In this document: piece by piece, positions 1 through 9,689 of the stretch
Layout: each line of letters starts with the position of its first letter
How positions within the stretch are numbered: the stretch's first letter is position 1
NCBI RefSeq assembly: GCF_900095195.1
Contig: NZ_LT606950.1
Span: 150,001-182,000, forward strand
Length of the DNA: 32,000 bases
From: Polynucleobacter necessarius
GTDB taxonomy: Bacteria; Pseudomonadota; Gammaproteobacteria; Burkholderiales; Burkholderiaceae
Direction of reading: 5' to 3'
The notes under the pieces: model-generated
What the model was told of the DNA's origin: nothing
The model's input: only the letters and a program-made list of their open reading frames with translations
The model's database searches: none
Made by a program: the position numbers and the translations under genes

Positions 1-163
1 CGTCCTGGCAACTGGGGGCACCTTGATCGCCGCTAAAAAATTGCTAGAAAGTGCCGGATTCGAAGTCTGTGGTGCCCTGACCTTGCTGGAAATTGCCGGG
101 CTAAATGGAGCGACACTCTTAAAAGAGCAGGGGATTGAAAGCCGCACATTACTTGTTGCCTAA
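1..163 (+). CDS. apt: adenine phosphoribosyltransferase, C-terminal fragment (5' end lies outside the window)
   Basis: The frame starting at nt 2 reads VLATGGTLIAAKKLLESAGFEVCGALTLLEIAGLNGATLLKEQGIESRTLLVA, with stop TAA at 161-163. The LATGGT PRPP-binding loop and the tail match the Apt family. Confidence 0.8.
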   Translation, partial: VLATGGTLIAAKKLLESAGFEVCGALTLLEIAGLNGATLLKEQGIESRTLLVA

Positions 164-216
164 TGGCGTCGGGTTAATCACTAACGCCGTTTAACAATCA
201 ATTTTGAAAGCAAAAA

Positions 217-948
217 ATGGGTAATCGATTACAAGATAAAGTCGCCATTGTTACTGGCGCAGCAAAGGGGATCGGTTTTGCGACTGCGCAACGATTTGCT
301 GAAGAAGGTGCAAAAGTGATTGTTACTGATATCAATCTTGAAGCCGTTACGGCTGCCATCGCCCGGATGGCTAATGCTGAAGCGTATGCCATGAATGTGA
401 CCGATCGGGCTAGTATTCAAGCGGTGATTGATGCGGTGATACAAAAACACGGACGCGTTGATATTTTGAACAATGCGGGTATTACACAAGATGCACGTTT
501 GGTCAAGATGACGGAAGCGCAATTTGATGCGGTGATCGATGTGAACCTCAAGGGTGTTTTTAATTGCACGCAATTGGTTGTGCCGCACATGCTTGAAAAA
601 GGATCAGGCGCAATTGTGAATGCTTCGAGCGTAATGGGTCTCTATGGTAATTTTGATCAGATCAACTACTCGGCAACGAAGTTTGGGGTGATTGGTTTTA
701 CCAAGACCTGGTCCCGTGAGTTGGGCCCAAAGGGTATCCGTGTTAATGCTGTGTGCCCTGGTTTTATTGCTACCGAAATGGTGAAGGCGATGCCAGAAAA
801 CATTTTTCAGGATATCGAGAAGCGGAGTTGGTTGGGGCGCTTAGGCACTCCAGAAGAAATGGCAAATGTGTATTTGTTTTTGACCAGCGCTGAAGCAAGC
901 TACGTAAACGGTGTTGCATTAGAGGCTAGCGGCGGGATTTCGCTCTAA
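217..948 (+). CDS. short-chain dehydrogenase/reductase, FabG-like 3-oxoacyl reductase family
   Basis: 243-aa ORF with the TGAAKGIG Rossmann motif, NNAG, and the catalytic Ser...YSATK (Y-x3-K). The specific substrate cannot be assigned from sequence. Confidence 0.85.
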   Translation: MGNRLQDKVAIVTGAAKGIGFATAQRFAEEGAKVIVTDINLEAVTAAIARMANAEAYAMNVTDRASIQAVIDAVIQKHGRVDILNNAGITQDARLVKMTEAQFDAVIDVNLKGVFNCTQLVVPHMLEKGSGAIVNASSVMGLYGNFDQINYSATKFGVIGFTKTWSRELGPKGIRVNAVCPGFIATEMVKAMPENIFQDIEKRSWLGRLGTPEEMANVYLFLTSAEASYVNGVALEASGGISL

Positions 949-950
949 GC

Positions 951-3006
951 ATGAATCTTTTATACGAAGAGGGTGGCGATATCAAAATCGCTACTGTCCA
1001 GTCCGCAACAGGATCGGGTGAATCGGAGTCTTGGTAGGCCACGAGCTTGTCGGGCAAGAAAATCAAGCTAAAGGCCAAAGAAGTCTGGTTGCGCTTTGAA
1101 AAGCCTGAAGCACAAGCGGTTATGGATGAAGCCCTTGTCCTGGTGAACGATATTGATTTGCAACTGCTTTGGGATTGTGCTCCCGACGAGGAGTTTGGTT
1201 TAGTGGACGTTTCTTTAGAGTATTTTGGCGCGCAGGCAACGATCCCCCAGCAAGCTTCATTGGCCATTGCATTACAAAGCGCCCCCGTTTTTTTCGTCGC
1301 AAAGGGCGTGGACGATTTCAGCGAGCACCTCTAGAGCAACTGCAATCGGGCCTAGCAGCACTAGAGCGCAAGCAAAAAGAGTTGGAGCAGCAATCACTCT
1401 GGCAGACTGAGTTAGTTGCTGGCAGATTTCCAGAGGCCTTGAAATCTGCTGCGAAACAGTTGCTCTTCTCGTCTGACAAAAACACGTCGGCCTACAAAGC
1501 ATTAATGGCTGCTTGTACTCAGACAGGCGAGTCGCCACCACAATTGATGATTCGTTGTGGCGCTATTGATTCTCCATTGGCGTATCACCAGGGAGTGTTC
1601 CTCAAGACGCATTTTCCCATGGTGCCGCCCATTCCTCCAGTATTGGCATTGATCCGTCTATTTTTGATGCTGCGATTGCGCAATTGCCTATCGCACAGGT
1701 CAATGCATTTTCCATTGATAATGCAAGTACAACTGAGATCGACGATGCCTTATCTGTGACTGAACTGTCTAATGGCGATGAGACTGGGTACCGTATCGGC
1801 ATTCATATTGCCGCACCAGGTTTGGTGATTACAAAAGATGATGCGCTCGACCAAGTTGCTCGCAATCGGATGTCTACCGTCTATTTTCCAGGCGACAAAA
1901 TCACGATGCTGCCCGATTCTGTCATTGAACGGTTTTCTTTGGACGAGGGTGGCCCGAGACCAGCGCTATCAATTTATGTGGATATTGACGCTGATGGCAA
2001 TGTTCAGCGAGAGAGTTTGCAAATGCGGGCAGAGCTAGTATCGATTGCGGCTAACCTACGCCTTGAAAATATTGAGCATTTAGTCAGCGAAGAGAGTTTG
2101 GCATCTGTAGATATGCATTACCCATTTCAGAAGGAATTAGCAGTCTTGTGGCGGGCGGCAAAACACCTGCATGCAGGTCGACAAAAGAAGCGGGTGGCTA
2201 ATGGATTGCGTGGTGAGCAGCTCGGCGTTTCTGATCCGAATGCGTTGGCCCGAGATTTTTATTTCCAAATTCAAGAAGCGAATCAACAAGATTCCAAGGC
2301 GCAGCGCGTTGAAATTGTTCCCCGTCAACGCGGTTCTATTTTGGATACGATTGTTGCTGAGTGGATGATTTTCTGTGACAGCGCTTCAGGTCAATTACTC
2401 GCTGAGTATGGATTACCAGGCTTATTCAGAACGCAGAAGGGTTGGGGCCCTTTGCGGACTCGTATGCAAACAACCCCTGGACCACATGAAGGTTTAGGTT
2501 TGAACTATTACGCTTGGTGTACCTAGCCATTGCGGCGTTACTCTGACTTAGTAAATCAATGGCAACTGATTACACTTGCAAAGCATGGTGTAACAGCAAA
2601 AATGGTTGCACCATTTCCACCAAGGGATGCAACGCTTATGGGCATTGCTGCAGACTTTGAGTCTTGTTATCAAGCCTACGGTGAGTTTCAGGACCGTCTT
2701 GAGAAGTATTGGTGCTTGCGTTGGATCACTCAAGATGGCGAATCTAAAAAAGTCCATGTGCGCCATTTAAAAGAGGGTATGTCGAGGGTAGAACCCATAC
2801 CACTTCATTTGCCAATACCAGAATTAGCAACCCATCCTCATATGACGCGCGCAGAGGATAGTCGTGGAGGGGTGAATCTGTTGCAATTGACCGCAGCAGT
2901 GAGAGTGCTAGAGATTGAAGCTAAAGTTGAGCAGCTTGAATCTGTTGTTGAGAAAGTTGTAGATTCAGCATCAATTAATATTGACGAAGATGCTAGCTCC
3001 GATTAA
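951..3006 (+). pseudogene. RNB-domain (RNase II/R family) exoribonuclease, disrupted by 2 nonsense codons and 2 frameshifts
   Basis: ATG at 951. In-frame TAG at 1035-1037 (ESW*ATS). Frame 0 to 2 switch at the T7 run 1288-1294 (SAPVFF|RRKGRGRF). Frame 2 to 1 switch at the CCC run 1616-1618 (THFP|HGAAHS). In-frame TAG at 2524-2526 replaces the Ser of the RNB signature (HEGLGLNYYAWCT*PLRRYSDL). RNB motifs AFSIDNASTTEIDDALSV and IGIHIAAPG are present. The length of 2056 nt is not a multiple of 3. Confidence 0.9.
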
Positions 3007-3049
3007 ATCCACAGTGTTTTTTCGCTCGGAGGGCGTCAATCGAGCATTC

Positions 3050-3878
3050 ATGTATTTGCAAGATACGTGGCAGCGTTACCCATTTCGCTTGGCTTTATGA
3101 GTATCCCTCCTCATCCATATTCTCTTCCTGTCATTTCGTTGGGGAATGGGGGAAATACAAACTTGGCGACTCAACACCCCGCTCAGCGTAGTGCTTGTCA
3201 ATGCTAGCAACAAAGTGCCGCCTAAGCAGGCAAACAAGTTGGCGCAGGCGGACTTGCAAGGCGGGGGTAATTCTGAAACACAAGATGCAACCGCATTGCA
3301 TCGTGCCAGATTGGGAGCAGAGGCGCGCCTTGAGGGTGCTAGAGAAGCAACAAAAGCAAATGCTGGCAAAGTTGGATGAGCAGCGCGCTGAATCGGGTGG
3401 TCGTAAAAGTGGCGAGGATCAAAAAATTGCTCCGCAACTCAATTCATTAGAGGCAGAGTTGGCAAAACGGTTGCAGGTGGATGGACGGCAACCTCGTCGA
3501 AAGGCGCTTACCGGAGCTAACACGAAATCCGTCACATTTGCCCATTATTTTGATGCCATGCGTCAAAAGATTGAAACTTATGGCAGTACTTTTTTTCCGC
3601 GTGCAAATGGCAGACCACTGTATGGCAGCTTGGTGATCGTGGTAAGCGTGGATTCCCAAGGGCGTATTGCTCCGAACGCTCAAGGTAAAGATGGCGTCTC
3701 AATTGGGCGCAGTTCTGGTAACCCTGAGTTAGATCGCCAGGCCTTGGCGATTGTTCGTGCCTTGGCACCATTTGGCCCATTCCCTTTAGAAATGCGCAAT
3801 CAATTGGATGTGCTGGACTGGATCTCCATATTTGATTTTGCGAGAGAGGGGGCTGATCGTTTGGAGCTAAAGCGTTAA
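3050..3878 (+). pseudogene. TonB-family (TonB C-terminal domain) protein, disrupted by an in-frame TGA and a frameshift
   Basis: ATG at 3050 in frame 2 gives MYLQDTWQRYPFRLAL, then TGA at 3098-3100, then VSLLIHILFLSF (TM-like) ...LSVVLVNASNKVPPKQANKLAQADLQGGGN. That frame stops at 3377-3379. The C-terminal TonB_C-like part (YFDAMRQKIETYGSTFFP...GRIAPN...GNPELDRQALAIVRALAPFGPFP) is in frame 0 and ends at 3878. The frame switch lies somewhere in about 3260-3340. Confidence 0.8.
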
Positions 3879-3899
3879 TTCGCTTATTCTGTAGTCATC

Positions 3900-4805
3900 A
3901 TGAGTTCTCATATCTTCGCCGATCTGCACATTGATCCCAGTCTTCATAAGGATGTGGATGTCTATGCGGTTGCTGGGAATCCGATTGCCCACAGTAAGTC
4001 ACCACTGATTCATCAGCAGTTTGCTGAACAAGCAAAGCAAGTAATGCACTATGGCCGCTTACAGCCTGAATTGGATGATTTTGCCAATGCGGCCAAGCGA
4101 TTCTTTTTTGCTGGCGGTAAAGGAATGAATGTCACAGTGCCATTCAAGTTAGATGCTCAGGCATTTGCAAACCAATTGACGCAACGCGCTCAATTAGCAG
4201 GTGCAGTCAATACGCTATGGGTTCGGGATGGCAAAGTCTATGGTGATAATACTGATGGCGCTGGTTTAGTAAGGGATCTTCTGGCACAAGGCATTGCGCT
4301 TCAGGGGTCTCGTATCCTTCTCTTGGGCGCGGGCGGAGCAGCCCGTGGGGTTATTGGCCCATTATTGGAGCAATCTCCCAAATGCTTAGTGATTGCGAAT
4401 CGTTCCCATGAAAAGGCTAGTGAGCTTGTAAAGCTTTTTGCTAATTTAGCCGCCTCAAAAGAAGTTGCCCTGGAATTTCGTTCTTTAGCAGATCTAGAGC
4501 ACACAGCAAAAACACCGTATCCATTTGACTTGGTAATCAGTGCCACTGCAGCAGGTTTATCAGACGAGTCGCCGTTAAGTGCCGCTGCTGTTGCAAATAT
4601 CTTTACACCCAGTTCATTTGCATATGAAATGGTCTACGGTAAAACCACGGCATTTATGCAGCAAGCGCTACAGCGCGGGGCGCGAATTAGTGATGGTTTA
4701 GGGATGTTAGTTGAGCAGGCTGCAGATGCCTTTTTGCTCTGGCGCGGCAGTGAGCTTGCCAAACACATTGATCCACGTGCAGTCTTGGCAAAGCTACGCA
4801 ATTAA
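3900..4805 (+). CDS. aroE: shikimate dehydrogenase
   Basis: 301-aa intact ORF with [23 protein letters not shown] and GAGGAARG motifs. Confidence 0.92.
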   Translation: MSSHIFADLHIDPSLHKDVDVYAVAGNPIAHSKSPLIHQQFAEQAKQVMHYGRLQPELDDFANAAKRFFFAGGKGMNVTVPFKLDAQAFANQLTQRAQLAGAVNTLWVRDGKVYGDNTDGAGLVRDLLAQGIALQGSRILLLGAGGAARGVIGPLLEQSPKCLVIANRSHEKASELVKLFANLAASKEVALEFRSLADLEHTAKTPYPFDLVISATAAGLSDESPLSAAAVANIFTPSSFAYEMVYGKTTAFMQQALQRGARISDGLGMLVEQAADAFLLWRGSELAKHIDPRAVLAKLRN

Positions 4806-4832
4806 TCGATTTTGCTCGAATTCCATCCTCTG

Positions 4833-5585
4833 ATGCGTTGGATTGTCTACCTAGTCAAATGTTTGCTGGCAGGTTTTGTGCTCATGCAGGCGTACTTCGC
4901 CATTCAAATTAGCCTTTGGACCACCATAGATCCTCAGAGCACTGCTTTTCAGAGGGCGGAGCGCTGGCGTTTATGCGCCTGGCAGTGGACTTGCTCTGCG
5001 CAATCCCACTGGACGCCTTATGACAAGATTTCAAATAATCTCAAGCGGGCGGTTTTGGTCAGTGAAGACGACATCTTTTTTCAACACAAAGGCGTTCGCG
5101 TAGAGGATATGCAAAAAGCTTGGGAAAAGAATCAACAACAAAACCAACAAAAGTCAGGCCCAAAATCTAAAACCCCTCTGCGGGGTGGATCCACCATTAC
5201 GCAACAGCTTGCTAAAAACCTCTTCTTATCATCGGAGCAAAGTTATTTGCGCAAAGGACAGGAGCTCATTATCACGGGGCTCCTAGAGCTCATTCTGACG
5301 AAGCAGCGCTTGTTTGAAATGTATCTGAATTCGGTTGAGTGGGGTGAAGGCGTCTTTGGAATTGGTGCTGCTGCTCGACACTACTACGGAGTGAATCCTG
5401 CAAATTTAGATCGAGAGCAGTCGGCTGCATTAGCGTCCGCATTACCAGCCCCAAAGTGTTTTGACAAACAACAGCACTATTACTGCGGGAGTATTAACTA
5501 TGCTGCTCGCCAAGACTTCATATTGGAAAATATGGGTCGTGTTGCGCTGCAGCCGCCAGTCTTGCAGCCTAAAAAAGCGAAATAA
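4833..5585 (+). CDS. mtgA: monofunctional biosynthetic peptidoglycan transglycosylase
   Basis: GT51 motifs SEDDIFFQHKG, GGSTITQQLAKNLF and RKGQE. An N-terminal TM follows MRWIVYLVK. ATG at 4833 is preferred over the TTG at 4812 used by the ORF track. Confidence 0.88.
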   Translation: MRWIVYLVKCLLAGFVLMQAYFAIQISLWTTIDPQSTAFQRAERWRLCAWQWTCSAQSHWTPYDKISNNLKRAVLVSEDDIFFQHKGVRVEDMQKAWEKNQQQNQQKSGPKSKTPLRGGSTITQQLAKNLFLSSEQSYLRKGQELIITGLLELILTKQRLFEMYLNSVEWGEGVFGIGAAARHYYGVNPANLDREQSAALASALPAPKCFDKQQHYYCGSINYAARQDFILENMGRVALQPPVLQPKKAK

Positions 5586-5589
5586 GTAT

Positions 5590-6429
5590 TTAGCTTGCTG
5601 CCCTTAGGGCATCACGTGTTGCTAGCGCTACTTGTCTTGCGGCCTGTGCGAAATCATTTCCTGTGCTGGCATACAAAATCGCTCTTGAAGAATTAATGAT
5701 CATTCCTGTGCCGGGTTTACCAGGGATGCTGCCGGCTTTTACCGTGGCCTCAATGTCGCCATCTTGGGCGCCAATTCCTGGAATAAGGAGGGGCATCTCT
5801 CCAACAATAGTGCGTACTTTGGAAATTTCTTCGGGGAAGGTTGCACCAACAACGAGACCAATTTGACCAGACCGATTCCATTGGGTTGCTGCCAGTTTGG
5901 CAATATGGAGGTACAATGGTTCGCCATTAGGTGAAACATTTAAGAACTGTAAATCCGAGCCGCCTGGGTTGGAGGTGCGACATAAAACAATCACGCCCTT
6001 GCCATGGTGTTTGAGATAAGGCTCAATGGTGTCAAATCCCATGTAGGGATTTACGGTGATGGCATCGGCACCGTAGCGCTCAAACGCTTCCAAAGCGTAG
6101 TGATCGGCAGTACTGCCAATATCTCCGCGCTTGGAGTCCAGTATGACTGGAATGTGTGGGTGCTTATCTTTCAGGTGCGCGATCAACTTTTCAAGCTGAG
6201 CCTCTGCTCTTTGAGAGGCAAAATAGGCAAACTGGGGTTTGAAGGCGCACACCAAATCGGCCGTGGCATCTGCGATCTCTCGGCAGAACTCAAAAATTCC
6301 CTCTGGTTTTCCTTGCGGGGGGGTAGGCAAGCGCTTGGGGTCCGGGTCAAATCCCACGCACAGCATGCTCCCTTGGGAAGCCCATGCGGACTGGAGTTGC
6401 TGGTAAAAGGTATTTGAGCGAGAACTCAT
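5590..6429 (-). CDS. pyrF: orotidine-5'-phosphate decarboxylase (long, type 2 form)
   Basis: 279-aa ORF with LCVGFDPD and [11 protein letters not shown] motifs. Convergent with mtgA across a gap of only a few bp. Confidence 0.92.
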   Translation of the reverse strand: MSSRSNTFYQQLQSAWASQGSMLCVGFDPDPKRLPTPPQGKPEGIFEFCREIADATADLVCAFKPQFAYFASQRAEAQLEKLIAHLKDKHPHIPVILDSKRGDIGSTADHYALEAFERYGADAITVNPYMGFDTIEPYLKHHGKGVIVLCRTSNPGGSDLQFLNVSPNGEPLYLHIAKLAATQWNRSGQIGLVVGATFPEEISKVRTIVGEMPLLIPGIGAQDGDIEATVKAGSIPGKPGTGMIINSSRAILYASTGNDFAQAARQVALATRDALRAAS

Positions 6430-6502
6430 TCGAGTTGGCTTATTTTAGTGATTTTGTCACGATCTATAGGCTAAACTAGCGCACATTCCTTAGGAGTTCA
6501 CC

Positions 6503-7468
6503 ATGATCAACTTGTTCGTCCTGCAAAATGGCCGCCTCTCCCAAGAGCAAGTGGAAAATCGCAATGAATTATTGCAATACGCTAATCCTATCTGGATTGA
6601 CGTGGTTGATCCAGAGGAAGAAGAGCTGATTTGGATTAAAGAGGCATTTGGCGTTCTTTTACCTGAGTTGGATGACTTGGGTGACTTAGAGGCTTCCGCT
6701 CGGTATTTTGAGGCGGATGATGGTCATCTCCACATTCGTACTGATTTTCTATTGGATGAAGAAGAGATATCGCGCAACGTACGCGTAGCGTTTGTGCTGA
6801 CCAAGCAAGTGCTCTTCTCAATCTATGACGAGGATTTACCGGTTTTCCGCTTGGTGCGTTTGCGCGCGCGTTTGCGTCCAGGTTCTGTTAGTAATGCTAA
6901 AGATGTGTTGCTGGATTTGTACTCCACAGATGCAGAGTACTCAGCTGATGCTTTGGAGGAGGTTTATGAAAACCTCGAGCAGGCAGGGAAACGCGTTTTG
7001 CAAGATGACATCAATGACGCCGATGCTGAGCAAGTTCTCGAGACAATTGCCAAAGAAGAAGATACCAATGGCCGTATTCGTCGCAATGTGATGGATACCC
7101 GCAGAGCCTTATCCTTCCTCATGCGCAGCAAATTGTTGTCAGATGAGCAACAAGAGGAAGCACGTCAAATTTTGCGAGACATTGACTCTCTAGAAAACCA
7201 TACGGCATTCTTATTCGATAAGATCAACTTCTTGATGGATGCAACCGTTGGTTTTATTAACTTGAACCAATCGAAAATCATCAAGATCTTCTCGGTGGTA
7301 TCGGTGGCCTTAATGCCGCCTACCTTGTTGGCAAGTGTGTGGGGTATGAATTACAAACATATGCCAGAGTTAGATGCTGCTTGGGGTTACCCAATGGCGA
7401 TTGGCGCCATGATTGTTTCCGCAATCATTCCACTCTGGTACTTCCATCACAAAGGATGGATGAAATAA
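6503..7468 (+). CDS. corA: CorA-family magnesium/cobalt transporter
   Basis: 321-aa ORF with two C-terminal TM helices flanking the GMN motif (VWGMNYKHMPE). AGGAG RBS 6 nt upstream of the ATG. Confidence 0.92.
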   Translation: MINLFVLQNGRLSQEQVENRNELLQYANPIWIDVVDPEEEELIWIKEAFGVLLPELDDLGDLEASARYFEADDGHLHIRTDFLLDEEEISRNVRVAFVLTKQVLFSIYDEDLPVFRLVRLRARLRPGSVSNAKDVLLDLYSTDAEYSADALEEVYENLEQAGKRVLQDDINDADAEQVLETIAKEEDTNGRIRRNVMDTRRALSFLMRSKLLSDEQQEEARQILRDIDSLENHTAFLFDKINFLMDATVGFINLNQSKIIKIFSVVSVALMPPTLLASVWGMNYKHMPELDAAWGYPMAIGAMIVSAIIPLWYFHHKGWMK

Positions 7469-7489
7469 CGAAGTAAGCAGGATTGCTCT

Positions 7490-7984
7490 CTAGTCTTCGA
7501 GCAGTTTCGCGAATTCGCTCAAAATATAAAGGCGGGCTTGCTCCCGAATCGATTGGCGATCCCCGTTAAAAAATACCGTTTTTGTCAGAACACGGTTCTC
7601 GCCAGCATCATTTTGAATGGCCCAGCCAAAGCAAACGGTTCCGATGGGTTTGTTTTTTGATCCGCCGGTAGGTCCAGCGGTTCCGGTGATCGCAATAGCA
7701 GTATTTGCTCCAGAATGACTCAGAGCGCCCTCTGCCATGGCCTTGGCAACCTGCTCGCTGACAGCTCCATGCGATTCAATCAGTGTTGATGGGACTCCCA
7801 GACATTCTTCTTTTGCTTGATTGCTGTAGGTGATGTAGCCACGCTCAAACCACTCACTTGAACCGGCTAATTCGGTCAGTGAGGCGCAGACTATACCGCC
7901 TGTGCAAGATTCAGCGGCAGCCATTTTCCAATCTTTGGCCAGCAAGATTTCGGCGAGGGTTTTAACAGTGTCGAGGATGTGCAT
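7490..7984 (-). CDS. pncC: CinA C-terminal domain protein / nicotinamide-nucleotide amidohydrolase (PncC-like)
   Basis: AAAESCTGG motif and TGTAGPTGG. ATG at 7984 (MHILDTV...) is preferred over the TTG at 7996. It follows pgpA as in many proteobacteria. Confidence 0.85.
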   Translation of the reverse strand: MHILDTVKTLAEILLAKDWKMAAAESCTGGIVCASLTELAGSSEWFERGYITYSNQAKEECLGVPSTLIESHGAVSEQVAKAMAEGALSHSGANTAIAITGTAGPTGGSKNKPIGTVCFGWAIQNDAGENRVLTKTVFFNGDRQSIREQARLYILSEFAKLLED

Positions 7985-7992
7985 GGTGAAAT

Positions 7993-8556
7993 TCAAGCAA
8001 GGTGAGCGATTGCTATCTGAGTGAGCGCTAAACCAAAGAGGGTCAATATAGCGGCAGCAACATCATCAATCATGATGCCAAATCCTCGCCACAGCATTTG
8101 CGAGAAGCTTGACTGCGCTTTGTCATCTTCTTGTTTTTTAAAATAACGATCAATCCACCCAATTGGACCAGGCTTCACAGCATCAAAAAATCGAAACAAT
8201 CCAAAAGCCCATGACTGCATCCAAATACTCGCTGGCATGATGAAAATGAGTACTAACCAAAAAGCAATCATTTCATCCCAAACAATACCGCCAAAATCTT
8301 TTTTGCCCAACTCCTCGCTGACTAGTCCGCAAATCCAGCAACCCAGTAACGCCCCAGCTCCAATAGCCCACAGTGCGGAGTTCATGCTTAGGAAATGTTG
8401 AGCTATCAAGAAGATTGCCCACGCCCAAAGGGTGCCTGCCGTGCCAGGCGCCATGGGGCTAAGACCACTTCCAAAACCAAACGCGAGGATGCGACTTGGC
8501 CGTTGCACCATCCATTTAAAGTTAGGCATGATGGCGGATGAACTAGTGCTCTTCAT
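7993..8556 (-). CDS. pgpA: phosphatidylglycerophosphatase A
   Basis: FGFGSGLSPMAPGTAGT, GGIVWDEM, FRFFDAVKPGPI and GIMIDDVAA motifs. The start ATG overlaps the thiL stop (ATGA at 8553-8556). Confidence 0.9.
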   Translation of the reverse strand: MKSTSSSAIMPNFKWMVQRPSRILAFGFGSGLSPMAPGTAGTLWAWAIFLIAQHFLSMNSALWAIGAGALLGCWICGLVSEELGKKDFGGIVWDEMIAFWLVLIFIMPASIWMQSWAFGLFRFFDAVKPGPIGWIDRYFKKQEDDKAQSSFSQMLWRGFGIMIDDVAAAILTLFGLALTQIAIAHLA

Positions 8557-9560
8557 ATAGAGAAGTGATCAAATGATTTGAGAAGAGCAGTAGTTTCTTT
8601 GTCACCCAGTGTTACGCCATCTCTGCCGACGATGTGCACTTGGGGAGATGTTTTTTCCATGGCATGAATCTGGCCAATACAAGTGATGGGGATGTTCAAA
8701 GATTTGCTAATTTGTTCAATCGTTGTGTGCTGATTTTTGGCGGCAGTGAAACACAACTCGTAATCATTGCCACCACTCGCAGCAAACTGATTTTGAATTT
8801 CGGTTGAATGCTTTTGCAATGTCGGGGATATGGGCAGCGCATTCAAAAAAATTTGCGCGTCTACTTTCGATTGTTTGAGAATATGCTTGAGATCGCCAAG
8901 TAATCCATCGGAAATGTCGAGTGCTGCGTTAGCAATCCCTCTTAGTGGATACCAAGCTCAACCCTGGGGGTTGGTTGATGCATGCGATGAGCGATCGACT
9001 CAAGATCTTGCCTGGAAAGATGAATTTCATGACGCAGTGCAGCAAGAGCGAGTCTGGCATCGCCAACGGTGCCGGATACCCAAATGTCATCCCCAATTTT
9101 TGCCCATGATCTGAAAAGGGCTTTTTGGGGGGCGCTCCCGATGGCGGTAATCGAGATCGTGAGCGGCCCTGCAGTGGTGTCGCCCCCTATCAATGGGCAT
9201 GAATATTCATGGGCCATAGCCAGTACCCTTTGGAAAGCCAGTCAGCCACTGCGTATCTACTGCTGGTAAAACGATTGCTAAGGTAAAGCCAAGGGGTTTT
9301 GCGCCGATTGCAGCAAGGTCGGACAGATTGACGGCACGTGCTTTGCGACCCAACTGCTCTGGATCGCTGCCAGCAAAGAAATGCCGGTTTTCTACCAGCG
9401 AATCGCTAGTAATGGCGATTTCTTCATCGGGAAAGGGTTTGATCAGGGCGCAGTCGTCGCCAATCCCTAAGCTGAGGGATGAGTTGGCCGAAATGCTTCC
9501 CATTTTGAAATAACGTTCAATCAGATCGAATTCACCCAATGGGTTTGATTCAGAATGCAT
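8553..9560 (-). pseudogene. thiL: thiamine-monophosphate kinase, disrupted by two frameshifts of opposite sign
   Basis: Three collinear pieces. (1) MHSESNPLGEFDLIERYF...GIGDDCALI...AVNLSDLAAIGAKP...DTQWLTGF. (2) In another frame: FQRVLAMAHEYSCPLIGGDTT...GDDIWVSGTVGDA...PTPRVELG. (3) Back in the first frame: YPLRGIANAALDISDGLLGDL...ASGGNDYELCFT. Shifts localise to about 9231-9244 and about 8945-8953. Stops at 9207-9209 and 8942-8944 truncate translation. Confidence 0.9.
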
Positions 9561-9689
9561 GCCCCATTTTATGGCTCTTGAGAGTTCAGCGAGAGAGAGG
9601 AATAGAATGAAAGGCTGAATAAGCATTGCCGAGTACTAAAAATAGATAAAACAATAGACAACACCCAACACGATTTAGTGAGCCGGTAG

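Noticed and set aside
164-216. Weak hairpin GGCGT...ACGCC after the apt stop
   Set aside because: It has only a 5-bp stem with a 14-nt loop, which is too weak to call a terminator.
217-948. Possible decay of the SDR (GNFDQINY instead of the usual GNxGQxNY; DILNNAG)
   Set aside because: The ORF is uninterrupted and the Ser/Tyr/Lys catalytic residues and the cofactor motif are present. The substitutions alone do not support a pseudogene call.
5130-5180. Gln/Lys-rich insert (NQQQNQQKSGPKSKTPL) in MtgA just before the GGSTITQQ motif
   Set aside because: It is a short low-complexity loop expansion between conserved motifs in an otherwise intact ORF. There is no evidence of function or decay.
6004-6417. 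137-aa plus-strand ORF
   Set aside because: Antisense to pyrF, which carries clear OMP decarboxylase motifs in the minus frame.
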